Shown piece by piece: positions 24,628-38,464 of a stretch of 64,000 nucleotides of DNA. Numbering within the stretch: position 1 is the stretch's first letter; the number at the start of each line of letters is the position of its first letter. Position numbers and translations under genes: made by a program. Location of the stretch: assembly GCF_052425735.1 (NCBI RefSeq), contig NC_135758.1:45818001-45882000 (forward strand). The letters are read 5' to 3'. The notes under the pieces were generated by a model, which did no database searches, was not told the origin of the DNA, and saw nothing but the letters and a program-made list of their open reading frames with translations. Source of the DNA: Oculina patagonica. Taxonomy: Eukaryota.

Positions 24628-27130
24628 GATAACGGCTACCTAGAGATCCTGTCTCATTATAGTGACCCAAAAGTAGCCGTTAAGTCATGTCGATAACGGC
24701 TACCCAAAGATCTTGTGTTATTCTACTTACGCAAACGTAGCCGTTAAGTCAAGTGGCTAACGGCTACCTAGAGGTCTTGTTTTATTTTACTTACCCAATG
24801 GTAGCCGTTAAGTCATGTGGATAACGGCTATCTAGAGATTTTGTGTTATTTTACTTACCCAAAAGTAGCCGTTAAATCATATCGATAACGGCTACCTAGA
24901 GATCTTGTGTTATTTTACTTACCCAAAAGTAGCCGTTAAGTCGTATCGATAACGGCTATCTAGAGATCTTGTTTCATTATGCTGACCCAAAAGAAGCCGT
25001 TAAGTCATGTGGATAACGGCTACCTAGAGATCTTGTGTTATTTCACTTACCCAAAAGTAGCCGTTAAGTCATATCGATAACGGCTATCTAGAGATCTTGT
25101 TTCATTATTTTGACCCAAAAGAAGCCGTTAAGTCATGTGGATAATGGCTACCTAGAGATCTTGTGTTATTATACTGACCCAAAAGTAGCCGTTAAGTCAA
25201 GTGGATAATGGCTACCTAGAGCTTCTGTGTTTTTTCTTACCCAAAAGTAGCCGTTAAGTCATGTGGATAATGGCTACCCAGAGATCTTGTGTTATTATTC
25301 TTACCCAAAAGTAGCCGTTATGTCAAGTGGATAATGGCTACCTAGAGCTTCTGTGTTTTTTCTTACCCAAAAGTAGCCGTTAAGTCATGTCGATAACGGC
25401 TACCCAGAGATCTTGTGTTATTATTCTTACCCAAAAGAAGCCGTTAAGGTGGCCCGCGGCTAATTCCGGGAGCGAAGGTGCTATTTTTTAAATCGAATTT
25501 TGGGGATGAAAACCGTAACCGATTTCTTTGATTTTTGGTAGTCGTAATAACAAATGTTTAAATTTTATAAAGCTTTATCTTTTAAAGCCCCAATTATAAA
25601 CAATCGCGAGAAATAAGCACTTTATGGAAAACCTTTTTTTCGAAAATATGCGAATATTTTCAAAACGCGAAGATAGATTTTTTTCTAATTAAGGTCAATT
25701 ACTTCAAGTAAGCCTAGGTTTCATGTGAGCAAGTTTCAACTAAATCGGCTGGGTAAAAATTGCTGCACAGTTGACTGTTTATTTTTGGCATAAAAATATT
25801 GTAATTGGATATTTTCGCCAGCTATTGCAACAATGCTTAATTAATGCTAAGATCACTTCTGTCATTTGAAAGCTCAATACCTCCTAAAAAGTTGCTGAAA
25901 AATCTGAAACGATCTGGTATTCTCCGCTAAAGTTATAATCAAATGAAACGTAAGTGGTTTACGGTGCGAAAATTGCAAATTAGAAAAATTCAATCTTTTT
26001 CGAATTAAAAAAAATCGACCGATTTTTTTTCTTTTAATTTTTAGTATACAAAAATCCAACATATAAGCAAACGCCCTTATCTAGTTTCGAGCGTGAAGTC
26101 TCGATGAAACTCATCAAATTTGGCTCTTCAAGATAGCTACCTCTCGTCCTTCAGTTTAAAGCGCTTTGGAAACCCCTCAACTAACAGTGAATTATTCAAA
26201 CATGCTGCATTCTCAAGATTATTTAGCACCTGGAAATGAACGCCCGTTTATTTCAAGGTGCTAAAAAATCTTGGGAATGCGGCAAGTTTGAATAATTTAC
26301 TGGAACACAAGGGTTTCCAAAGCGCTTCAAAATGGAAGACGAGAGGTAGCCATCTTCACGTACTAAATTCGGCGAGTTGAATCCAATTTACACACACGAA
26401 ACTAGATAAGGCCGTATGTGTACATGCTGGATTTTCTCATACTTAAAAATAAAAGAAAAAAAATCGGTAGTTTTTTTGTAGTTCGAAAAACAATGAATAT
26501 TTTAAAAATACACTTTACGCACCGTAAACATCTTCTGTTTTAATTGCTTATAACTTTTGCTAGGAGTTTCCGATCTTTTCAGAATTTTCAGCATTGTTTT
26601 AGCTGGTATTAAGCTTTCAAATAATCAATGCAATCAAAACATTACACAAGCGTTGTTGTAACAACTGGCAAAAATACACCAGCATAATATTTTTAAGCTA
26701 AAATCTAACAGTCAACTGTGCAGCAATTTCTACCCAGCCGATTTCGTTGAAACTTGCTCACATGAATTCTTGGATAATTTGAACGTATTGACAGCAATAA
26801 GAAACAAATCTATCTTCGCGTTTAGAAAATATTCGCGTTTTATTAAAAAATAGGTTAATTTATAAGTGCTTATATTTCGTGTTCACTGTTTTTGTTTGTT
26901 CCAAATTTTAAAACTTTATTAAATTTAAACATTTGTTTTTACGACTACCAAAAATCAGAGAAATCGGTTACGGTTTTCATCCCCAAAATTCGATTTAAAA
27001 AATAGCACCTTCGCTCCCGGAATTAACCGCGGGCCACCTTAAGTCATGTGGATAACGGCTACCCAGAGATCCTGTGTTATTATGCTTACCCAAAGGTAGC
27101 CATTAAGTCATTGGGTTAGTGGCTACCTTC
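24628..27130. repeat. 64-bp tandem satellite (~13 units, then 1-2 more after an insertion)
   Basis: Unit gataacggctacctagagatcttgtgttattttacttacccaaaagtagccgttaagtcatgt(g/c), starting at 24628, 24692 and so on. Confidence 0.92.
25448..27038. mobile_element. Kolobok-like non-autonomous element; whole body is an imperfect palindrome
   Basis: TTAA TSD; termini ggtggcccgcgg...ccgcgggccacc; arm complementarity continues to the centre at ~26243. Confidence 0.88.
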
Positions 27131-27613
27131 AGGTAGGTAGTATTTAATTAAATAGGTAGGTAGTATTTAATTAAATAATTGTATATATTCTATAACTTTT
27201 AGCTCATTTTTAATCAGGAAATGCGTCGCACACATTTAAAGCTTTAAAGCTTTGAAGAATTTTATTGACTTTATTTTATTTTATTTTATTTTTATTTATT
27301 TTTTATTTTTTAATTTTTTATTTTCATTGTGGCTTACCTGTAAACTAGCTGGTGCGTTCCCGCAGATTTTGCTAACCATATCTGCGGGACGCATCGAAAC
27401 CATAGCTAAGTGTAATGACCACATTAAACATTGTATTGTAATTGTATTGTTGTTGTATTGTATTGTATGTTCTAAACCAAAGGCAGCCGTTATGACACTG
27501 GGTTAGTGGCTTCCTCCAGGTCTGTAAGTAAGTTATGCTCTCTGACCAACCATTTGGCTTCTTAAATAGCTCGTATGTACTGACAAACGAAACTACGAAA
27601 AAAGCCGTTATCT

Positions 27614-27905
27614 AAGTGCCGCATTCCAAAGCGGGTAGAGTCCGGTGTTGTTGGTATGCTCTGCAACGGCGAAAGTTTGGGTGCGTGCGAGTCGGATGTC
27701 CCGGTCGTGTTCTTTGATCTTATCTTGCATAGGTCTTCCAGTCTCGCCGATGTAAACTTTGCCACATTCACAGGGAATCATGTAAACAACGCCATCTTGC
27801 TTAGTCGAATCAACAGCGTCTTTCGGCCGTACTAGTTGTGATCGCAGTGTAGTTTCCGACTTGAAAACAGCGCGTACACCTTGTTGTTGTAGGCAGCGGC
27901 GAAGT
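27614..27905 (-). pseudogene. Second PLE GIY-YIG fragment
   Basis: AVFKSETTLRSQLVRPKD...GVVYMIPCECGKVYIGETGR...KEH. Confidence 0.8.
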
Positions 27906-28848
27906 TGTCGATTTTGTCGACCCGACGCCGACGGTTTGATGGGCCGCGCATAACAAAAGCAAAACTCGCACTTTGGAAGAATTTTCTACGCCTCACTGGG
28001 GCACTCGGAACTAAATGGACAACGATAGAAAAGAGAAATTACCGGAGATTACGGTGCTGGAAATTCTGTAGCGATTTGACCAATTTCACGGAAGATATTT
28101 CGCTTCGAGTGAGATGCTGTCGAAAATAGTTTCCAGCCTTGGGAATATTTAATAAAGTACACGTGTTCAAAATTTCGCCGAGCAATAACTCGTCCAAATC
28201 GCTTCAAATTGGCTCGAGGAGCTGGCAAACAAGAAAGAACACGAAACTGCAACAGTGTAAGTCAATTTTATTCATAAAATGTTCGAATTTTTATATCGTA
28301 TAAAAAGAAAACTGTTTCATCCCATACAAATCCTTATAAATCGAGTCTTAGAGTACTGTGGCTCTTATCGTTAGCTTGGGCTGCCTGTGATAACACAAAA
28401 TCAAAAACAGCCAGACACAAGTGTGACGTAACAAATGACGTCATTTTCGCCTTTAAGTGCAAATATTTTTTTTGGAGCATCGGATTTTGGGAAATGATAT
28501 GGCCAGAGGTCTTGAACTCTTCGTATGCCAAGTTTGGTGCTTTTGTCCGGTCTGTAACGATTTTCGCAAAATGTAGCACTAACCCACTGGACTATCAAGA
28601 TCATTCGTGTTCAAACTGGGCTGAAAGTCATCTCAGCAAACCGGGCCAGCCCGGCTAACTGGGCTCATGTAATACTTGGCTGAAAGACATCTTGGCAAAC
28701 CGTGCCAGCCCGGCTCATGTAATCAGGCCCTTAGACTACGATTTACTAAAATTCACAATTCAAACAGCAAATTAAGAATTGAATGTTGACGCAAATCACC
28801 CTATACGACTGTGCTGCTTCCTTCTGTCGTTCAATATTTTGATACATA

Positions 28849-28911
<63 letters not shown>

Positions 28912-29100
28912 TTTATTTATCCTAGAAAACTGGTCAGTCAATCAAGGAGATTGACTGGTATCAATCGGTGACCAGTATAAAAGCATAAAATTTACAAAGC
29001 ATAAAATTTAAAAGCATAAAAAATTACTAGCATAAAATTTAAAATTACAAATCTAAAAAACTGTGAATATATATACAAAAATTAAAATTTAAATTGTACA
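28849..29100 (-). mobile_element. (AAT)n microsatellite, probably the 3' tail of a LINE
   Basis: About 20 aat units followed by ctttattt (AATAAA on minus strand) and a UTR-like stem-loop. Confidence 0.6.
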
Positions 29101-31092
29101 CGTGTGATTTGCACTGTCCATGTTCATGTAAATGAAGTACATTTACCCCACACCCTTCCCTCGGGGCTGTTTGATGACTAGCTGAATTTCCTTAGTGTTT
29201 GAGGAAAACATACGGAATTATGAGACATTTCCTTGTGGGAAAGTAATCAAAAATCCCGTCAAAAAAAGCGCTGCAAAGGGATTTTCATCTCAAGCGCGAA
29301 ATGAACTGGGCCCTAATGACGTAATTTGATCGACGTCCTCGCCCCTCGCCTCAACCCCTCGCCAACCTGCACAGAAAGACGAGCGAAGGTGTTGGCGTGT
29401 TGCGGGGAATTTGCTTGAGAAGTTTGCATTTTTCTGCCATTTTAGAAGGGAGAATGTCAAAGGTATGTTTCTAGGAGTGTGTACTTTCTTCCAAAGAGTA
29501 ATTTTGTAGGAAAAGAAAACGCATTTGATAATTATCGAGGCAATTTGATTTATGCTCTAAACAGAGCTTGTCAGCTGACAGTTCGCGGTCTTGTGCTGCT
29601 CGTTTGAATAACTAATAGAGCTCTTTCTTTTTCGTTTAGGTAACTTTAAGATGTAAAAAATACTTTCATGCTCTGTATTCGGTGGAAGCTAGAATTTTGT
29701 GTCGTTTTTTTTGGACAGGAGAGGTTTCTGTACCGACCAAGTAATTTGAGCTGTTGCCGACATACTTGCACGTGTTTGCTCGGTTCTGGGCAATTGTTCT
29801 TTCTATTTTAAGGTAAGGATAATACGCAGTTGACCTTTAACACCAATTTATGCTTACAAGGTGTAGTTTAGGATGTTTATAGCGACCTATTCGGCGCAAA
29901 GTTTTATATTTTAGATCTCGCTGAAGGAAACTCGGCGAGGTGCTTTGGTTCGTTGCGAAACATGAAGGCTCTGTGGTGTATTAGCTGACATACCGTAATG
30001 ATTCGATTTAGCGCCCTCCTTTCAATAAGCGCCCCCTTCCGATAGCGCCCCCTTTTTTTTTTTTTTCCCCTTTCCTTTTTTTTTTTTTTTTTTTTTTGTT
30101 TAACCCCGCGCCTACTCGAACTACACCCATGAGCAAATTTTCCCGCGGACCAGTCGGCAACTGACGGTACTCTTTGGAGATGCCAGGCTAAGAAAATTCA
30201 CTGCTTTGGCTTTTAGTCATCGCTCTTTCTTAATTGTTTTTGCTGTTGTTTGCAGATCGACTGCGTTGGAGAAAAGCGAGAAAATGTCCCTTGAAAAAGG
30301 TAGGTTCGCTTGTCATACAATTTTTCTTTTGCTTCATCAGTGTTTCATTTAAATGAGTGAAATGACATTGTTTTCTCTTTATTTTTGCTACAGCGAGCTG
30401 AAGTGTTTGCTCATGATATAACGGAGAATGGCATTTACCAGAAGTCAGGGTACAGTTTTCGTCTAACTGTGAGTAGCCGGTTTAAAAGGGGGGGGTTAAC
30501 TGTATGAATATTTTCTAGAAGAACAAATTCAACGAAAAATTATTGCTTGGGAATTGAAGTTGAATAGTATGTCTGTTCAGACATGCTTTCAGTCTGGCCA
30601 AAAAGTTTGCCTTTCCTTTCATGCCTGGTAGAACAAAGTATGAAACAGGTTATTAAAGGTAAATAAGTGCCAGGTATTGTAAAATGCTGTAAAAATGCTG
30701 TAAAAGTTGTTGTGGTATTTGAACCGATATACAAGTGTTTTGATCACTTTCAATTCTGCCAGCAAACAAAGACTTGTCTTGTCAGATCCGAGCTCAGTGT
30801 TCTAATTGCGGGCCCAAGAGAGGCCAGTGTAACCTTAATCTTGACAGTGGCCAGCGGATTGCATATCATTTTTTGGTCATGTTTATAACAGGCGAGCTCA
30901 TTCTGGAAGTTGCAAATTTTGTTCTTCCACCTAGAACAAACAAATGCAAAAAAGTCATTTTGTTGAAAATCTGTTCTCTAAGAACGATTAGAATACAAAA
31001 GTGTGTCATTCGATCTCAACAGTTTGTCACATAAGATAGAGGCTTCTGTCAGATGGAAGATTGCAAACATCTGTTATGCAGACGTCCTTTAA

Positions 31093-32104
31093 GGTGGCTC
31101 CATAGGGTTTCTTGACCGCGCGAAGAATGGGTACTAAAAGGCGAGCTTGAAATGCCGGCAAATCAAAACAAACATGGCGGCTTCATGCGAGCGTGAAATT
31201 TTCGGCGAGAAAACGCGAGACTTGCTTCCTGCCAATGAAACAACACCCGTGCTTTCCTGTGTTGAGCAGATAAAAGAGTTTACAACACCCTAAAAGGGTG
31301 TTTACAACGTCCGCGGTGCTTCTGGCCGCTTTTGTGAAGTTCGTACGATCGAAAGCAAAAGAGAAAGAGTCTCCGCGATTGTGAGATACTTCGAGCAGAA
31401 TTTCAGAGATTCTGCTACATAAAGGATTAAGGTATATCTCTAACTAACCTTGGGGTTAACAGATATTCACACAAAAACTGACAACAACGGGGAACGCTCA
31501 TCTTTACACATCAACTCGTATGGTTCGAAAGTTCGCGCATGCTCAAATAGCGATCTTGGACAATTTCTATTCTGATGACGTAATTGTTATTCGGGCGAAA
31601 ATAGAAATTTTCCCCTTGTATTTACTAGAGTTTCCTTCGGTGAAATTCCTTAAAATTTGGCATAGATGTGATACCTTTTTAACTGCCCTTTTTGCCGTTT
31701 TTTAAAAAAAATTTGTAAGCCAATTTTTTTGCTTAGTCAAAAAAACACAAAATAACCAAAAACGCAAAAACGACCTGGACAACCCCTACTTTTTTTGTTT
31801 TTAAAAGTTGTTTCTCATCAGATTCAATCCGTTGGGAGAATTTCACAATTTTTCACCGAAGAAAATTAAAGAAATTTAAGATCAAAGCCATAAAAACACC
31901 AAAAAATAGGACTTTTTGAGTAGATGTAGCTCAAAAACAAAGGCCGTTATTTTAAAGAAGAATAATGCACAACATATTTTAGTCCTTGTTTTTAATATTT
32001 CGGCAGCTTTTATTTAACTAGTTTAAAAAATAACGCGAAAATGATCTCTTGATGGGTATCACTTGTGCGCGCGCCGTAATATCTCAAAACCCTATGGAGC
32101 CACC
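31093..32104. mobile_element. Kolobok-like non-autonomous element
   Basis: TTAA TSD; TIR ggtggctccatagggttt. Confidence 0.88.
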
Positions 32105-32277
32105 TTAAGCGTTGCTTTAAAGAGGATTTGCAAAACAACTCCAAAATTCGCGTGCATGTTTGTTTACATAAGTTAAACATTGTTATGGATTAATTTTTTT
32201 CTGCTCCGTTTCTGAGAATTAACATGAAAAAAACCTAGGTTTTTCAAGTCCGCATCTATATATCTTCTTTGTTTTAA

Positions 32278-34320
32278 AGTGCCTATGAAGTAAAAAATAA
32301 TTTTGCTCAATTTGTTTTTTTATGTCTTAGTTAGCACGAATAGGCGTGTTTAAGAGATCAAAAGCGCCTTTTTCTAGTATTTTTTGAGCCTCGAAGTTTG
32401 GATTTCGCAATTTGAAGTGGGTCCTTTTCGCGCGCGGCCAAACGCTCCGGTTTCACCGGAAATGACGTACTTAGTGGTTCTAAAGAAACCAGGATTATGG
32501 CGTAAAGAGAGCAAAGAGGGCTGGCGAAAGCTATATTTCGGCTTTTGAGTCAAATTAAGGCAATTGCGCAAACGAAACTGCAAAAAATACACTTATTTCC
32601 TTTGGTGAAGCTTCGCAGAGTAAATGGAAGCGAAATTTCCATGTGTATCCTAAAGCTATTCGTTCTGATAAAAAAGGGAGAAGAAACGAATTCTGTTCCG
32701 TCGGCAGTTCAAGGATCGCTGTTCTCAGCACAAGCTCTTCCTTGCCACAAATGAAACGATAAAGTCATAAAGCGAAGAGGGAAATTTATTAAAAGAGACC
32801 TCTGTAAAGGATATGGTTCTGCCCTGACTAGCCGAAAGAAAGATTTAGCACTCGCGCCAGGAGTTTCCCGGCGCGCCATAATAAACAAGAGGAAGGACTT
32901 TATTGAAAGCCTATATGTTACACAGCTGGGTACAGTATATACGTGGTATTCTTTTATTATGAGACTTCGTTCCTCAAAATGTAATTTGTATGGTTAGTAG
33001 ATCGTTTTATCATTCATAAGGTAGCAGTCGTTTCCTTTCCCAAACACTTGAAACGATCGATCGCCAGACGCAAACTAATGCATCTGTGAAAGAAGCAAAC
33101 TAGGGAATGTATTAAAATTCGACTTGAGTGAGTTAGAAATGCTTGTTTGTTTTCAAGTAGCGCGCTTCGAATGTTGTCATTCACGTCTGCATTTCCGGCA
33201 GTATTCTATGGCGAATGCACTTTTAAACAATACACTGAGATCTTGCAAAATCTTGGACAAATTTTACGGCTGCGTTCGCCGGAATTATTTGCCGATAAAC
33301 ACGCACTGTAATCAGGATTTATCGTATCCGGATATAGACGGTTGAAAATATACCGTAGAGCTAACGAATCATAAAGGGCAACAACTGCAGTTCTGTTTAT
33401 TCTTGAAGAGGAAATTATTGGTTTCGTTCAAGTCAAAAAGTGCTAATCTTGAGTTTGAAGAAGTGTTATCTTGCCGTGTTGTCAAGTTTAATTATGTCAC
33501 TCTCACGCTTCGGAGAAACATGTCAGTCCACTGCTGACTTTCCCACACAAGAACACAATCAAAATGAAAGCGAGCAACTGATCGCTACTTGTATTAAAAT
33601 CACCAAATCGTGATGTAATACCGAATAACCGCCGGGATAGGCGTACCATAACCTGGATTTACACTTTCGACAAGAAAGCAACCCCGGCGCGGCAAGCAGC
33701 GCTCGGGTCAATTTCGAAGCCCATTGCGACACTGCGAAACCAGTCACAAAATCAAAGCCCGTCGATGTATGTGCTTTTGGAAACAATAACAATTCTAGTT
33801 ATTCATTTTTTATAGGGAATTTCTCATTTGAATCTGCTTCGCCAAACTTCGATCGTCCTCGTCGACCAGCGCTTGTGTGAAATAGCGCTTATTCGGCTTA
33901 CGGCGGTTGGACAGGTCCAACTAACTACTTCAGTCCATTTAGTGTCACGATATTTCGTTGTGCGATTCTTTTCTGCTAGAAACCCGCTCAGCCAAGTCCG
34001 CAGATGGCAACATATCGTTCTTTTCGGAAAAGATTTCGATTTATCAACGAAAAAGCAGCAACAATCTCAGCTGAAGTAGTGAACTTCACTGTGTATCAAC
34101 AAAATCTAACTGTAAACTGATCCGTGGAACCACTAACTATGTCATTCGAGCGAAATTCGTGTCCAGTCTCCGGGCCCACTGTTTTGTCTTACCGAGGGCA
34201 CTTTAGACGGCAAAAAGTCCGATTTCTCTCTCTTTGACATTATTCTTTTTTTAGCTTTTCGGAAAGTAGACATAATAAGCTACCAAAAAAAGCAAAAAAG
34301 TTTTTTACTTCATAGGCACT
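32278..34320. mobile_element. Kolobok-like non-autonomous element
   Basis: TTAA TSD; TIR agtgcctatgaagtaaaaaa. Confidence 0.88.
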
Positions 34321-34588
34321 TTAATTGTACAAAGGAACTTCGAAAAATGCTGGGTTAAAAATCCGAACTTTTCCATATGTTATTTCTTGCAAACGAAGGT
34401 GAAACCCGCAGAATTAAATAAAGGACAAAGATTAAAATATGATAACAAATCCACATGCCAAATGGCGAGTTATTTTGTCAATATCCCTTTTTCGCAAAAA
34501 TTCCAGCCGCCCTTTTTGCACTGATCCCTTCAATTGTCTTTTGTGCAGTGATTTACCTACACTGAAAAAATTTGGTGACCTGTTTATA

Positions 34589-36059
34589 CAGTACTGTGCA
34601 AAAGTTATGCAAACGAAATTTGTTTTTTGTTCTCGCGAATTTTCGTCGAAATTTCTTTGAATTATCAAAACATGTTTCATTGCGCTCCAGGCGAAAAAAT
34701 CGCGAACTTTGTCGAAAATTCGAGACTGCAAAATTCGAAATAACAAATTTTCGAGGTAGACAAACAATGACTTACCAAAATTCGAAGCAGCAAAATTCGC
34801 TGCATGTAGCTTTCACTCGATCATAGTTAATAAACTATTGCGAAGCGTGTTCCATCTAGGTCGTAACAATTAAATAAATTATTTGAGCCATGACAAAGTA
34901 AAATATAACTGAAACATTGCTTGGGGTAAATTAAAGTTCCTAAAACTTCAAAGAACCCCACTGTAGAGGCTATATTTGCAACAATGATAAACAAACACGA
35001 TACTAATGTTTTCAGAAAGCGACTTTGAAGAAACAAGACGGGGGTTAAACAAATAAAAGGTTTACTACTGAAAACATTTCAGCCTTTTTTGGATGTGAGA
35101 AAACTTTATTGATACCTATTACAGTATATCAGTGAAAGCACATGGCGCGGCGACCACAAAGTTTACATGTCGATCGGACAAGAAACTTTTCGAACATCTT
35201 ACCTTGTAAAATAAGTCCCACTTTGTACGCAAAAATGTTGATAAAGTAAAAATCTTTCACCGCCTCCATATCTACCCTTTCCATTGATCTGGTTAAACAA
35301 ATGCCAGCACACGCTCGCCATGTGACTTGTCCGCCATGTTGAATGTTGACACACTTGCTTTGGGCACGTGGAAGTCTGGATTCAAGTATCATGAATTCAA
35401 TATGGCGGATGTGTTTACATGTGCGATCGAAAAAAAGAGTATAAACTTTGCCACTTAAACATAGAAAAGGAGGAATCAAGTTTTATTTCATTCTCGTCCC
35501 CATAGCCCTTTCGTTTCTCTAAGCCGGCCGAGCCTTGGCACGAGAAAACGAAGGGCTCTGGGGACAGAGAATTTCCAGTCCTAGATTCTAGGACTTCCGG
35601 TCTTCATGTATGCAGTCATGACGTTTTAAAAGAATGTATGAGGGAGTCGTTATGTTTTTTACTTCCATTTAGGAATTCTTTATTCCAAACAGCCAATCAA
35701 AAAATTCGAATTAATTCAAAAATCCTATGTCCCCAGAGCCCTCCGTTTTCTCGTGCCAAGCCGGCTAAGAAAAAACGAAAGGGCTATGGGGACGAGAATG
35801 GTTTTATCTTTGGATCACAGACTAAGGTAGAGGGCTAATTGCTTGGTCAAGTTTTAAAAGGCTTTCTCCAAAGTGAATTTCAAAGGAAGCAAATTATCAC
35901 GCAAAATTTTGCGAGGTTTAAAACAATGGGTCCAGTGAAAAAAGGCACTTTTTTGCTGCAAATTCGCTCAGAGCGAAATATTGCAATTTTTTTTGTTGAA
36001 AAGCCCCGAAAGTTACAAATTTCGACAAATTTTGTTTGCATTACTTTTGCACAGTACTG
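34589..36059. mobile_element. Tc1/mariner-type MITE with nested TIR element at 35489-35800
   Basis: TIR cagtactgtgcaaaagt(t/a)atgcaaac with TA TSD. Nested element has TIR cattctcgtccccatagccctt and a 9-bp near-TSD gttttat(t/c)t. Confidence 0.88.
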
Positions 36060-38464
36060 TAGATTGAATGTATTTTGCAATCTAAAATTATGCTCACGCT
36101 GTCACCAGTACAATAACAATAACACTAAACCTTATGTCAATTTGGATTACAGAGAAGCAAAAAAAAAGCAACAACTAGTTTTTGTGCCTATTGCTTACAT
36201 CTTATACACAAGGCTCTTTAAGTGCATCTAAGCCTGTGGTTACCACTACTGACTAGTTTAAAATTATAAACTATATTATCTTGCTCTTCATTTTCAAATG
36301 TTATGATGTCATTACTATTACTTAATGCTATGAGGAGGCTTAGTGGTTATATTGGATGCAATCAACCAATTAACTGACTTGAATAGAACTGAAAACTAAC
36401 TACAGGAATGTTTCATGAAGAAAAAAGTAATCATGGCATAGAACACAACCAATATACTGCCAGACAGCACTTATACTAAGTAAAAAACACCAATACAAAG
36501 TACAAAGCACTTTTACAAAGAAAGCTCTAATACTAATAGTACCAGATAGCACTAATACAAAGTATAATGGAAAAAGACAAATTACATTTGAGGAGTTTTT
36601 TTGGATTCACCTGTTAACACCTGGATGTTTTATGCATTCACCCTCCCCTAAATACCTGCCTTTTTATAGCATTGGAGGGAAACATGCACTGTAAATTCGT
36701 ACAAACGATTAGTTTCTGATTAAACTTTTATTAAAACTGGACATGTTGAAAAACCAGTTTATGACTTAGATTAAGAGGAAATCCGCCAGGACTTCGAGTA
36801 GTTATTGGACAAAATTATGTACCAAAACTATTTACACCTTATTACTGCTTCAAATATCTTATCGAAAGAAATATTTTCTTCAAACACCAAACATTGAAAA
36901 CAAATTTCGAAGTTCCACTGAATTCCCATAAATCGCTTAAAAGACGTGAGCTTTTGCCCATAGCTTGTGAACTTTGAATATCATTTTCTCAAACTCTGAT
37001 AAGAAATAGGCCATTTCCGAGTTACCCTTTGCCTCTGTTTCAAAACGAGTGTAAGTGCGAAACCATTCAAATGAAAATGAGTTTGATTTGCATGAAAATG
37101 GACCTGTAAATTGAAAATGCTTGATAGAGGTTATAATCCTAAAATTTATATTAAGTTCTGATGATATATTGCAAAAAAGGTATTACGATAACATGCAGTT
37201 AATTGTACCAATCCTGCTGTGATATGGTGGTGCTTTGGCATGTTGCTTTCATCTTTAGCCAACAAGTAAAACATTAAATTTTTGTCTGGCTGGGCAACCT
37301 CCTCTTCACATTCCAACTTACGTAGTGGTGAAACATTACTTGGTTCTACATGTCCTCAAAGCAAAGAAACAGACGGAACTATTCTGTCTAGAAAAACAAA
37401 AGAGACAAAAAGATGAATTACATAACTAATAACATGTTGTCAGTTTATCAAATGAGTTCAATTTGCTCATGTCTAGGCGCAATGACTTAATTCAGGGTGC
37501 TAAAATTCATCTGTGATCGCATGTGCCTGCATTAATACAGGGAAAATACAGGCAACAGTTTTCCTTTATACTTCATGAAGTGTTAACAAAAAGGCTTTTC
37601 TGTTCTCATGGCCCAACTAGTGTACATAAAAGTCTTGTAGCTTGTCTAGTGTACGTGCAGGTCTCTAATAAAGAAGACTCCCGTTAATTATACATGGATA
37701 GGGGTAAATAATCTGTATATTTTAATTACTTTTGCACTATAAAAAAAAAACATGAGAAAGCTTGACTTGCAGATAACCAAACAAAAAGTCAAAGTCTAAT
37801 CTTTGATAGCTGTATAAAAGACACAATGAAGGTCAACTGGTTGTGTGTTACCAAAAAAAGCACGCTGCTCCACAGTGATTGGTTGGTTTGTGATTGTTGC
37901 ATTTTGTTTTTTGATCTTCTGGTAGATTGTTCTCTTGATGGTTCACTGTCTCCAGTTCAGTTGTTGCGTTTCTTGGTCATGGGCTTAAATTTTTCTGGAA
38001 TTTCAATTGATGTAGTCAAGGTGATGTCTAACATGAATTGCATCTTTGACCCTGCATGTGTACCAATGAGGATCATGATCAGTTTTCTTTACTTCATTCC
38101 AAAGCATGTGGAACATTCTATTGTTGCTGTGAGTTTAGTGCAGAAGGTTGGATACACCATCAGAAAAAGCCATGTACTCATTGGTAATGACATCTATGGC
38201 CAGTTTCTCTGACAATTGGTGGGTCTTACAGGCACAGTCAACAGGCGTCATGTTATCTGCAGAGATTGATGGTAATGCTGCTAATGCATGAAGCTTTGGA
38301 ACTGTTTTGGTGGTATTCATGGTTGTGATTTCCTCAGGCCTTTTTTTGATCACATTTTGTTCCTGGGCCAAGCCATCTAACTCTGCTAAATTGTTGCTTG
38401 TGCCTCTGAAATGCTGATGGGAAGAGAAAAAGTGACACTGGCAGGGATTATGCACTGTTGTATA

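Noticed and set aside
24628-25447. CRISPR-like array (regular repeats with dyad symmetry)
   Set aside because: The intervening sequences are homologous, not unique spacers; there are no cas genes; the context is eukaryotic. It is a satellite.
30540-38200. Numerous 60-130 aa ORFs as host genes
   Set aside because: No recognisable domains; most lie within MITEs or AT-rich sequence and are expected by chance.
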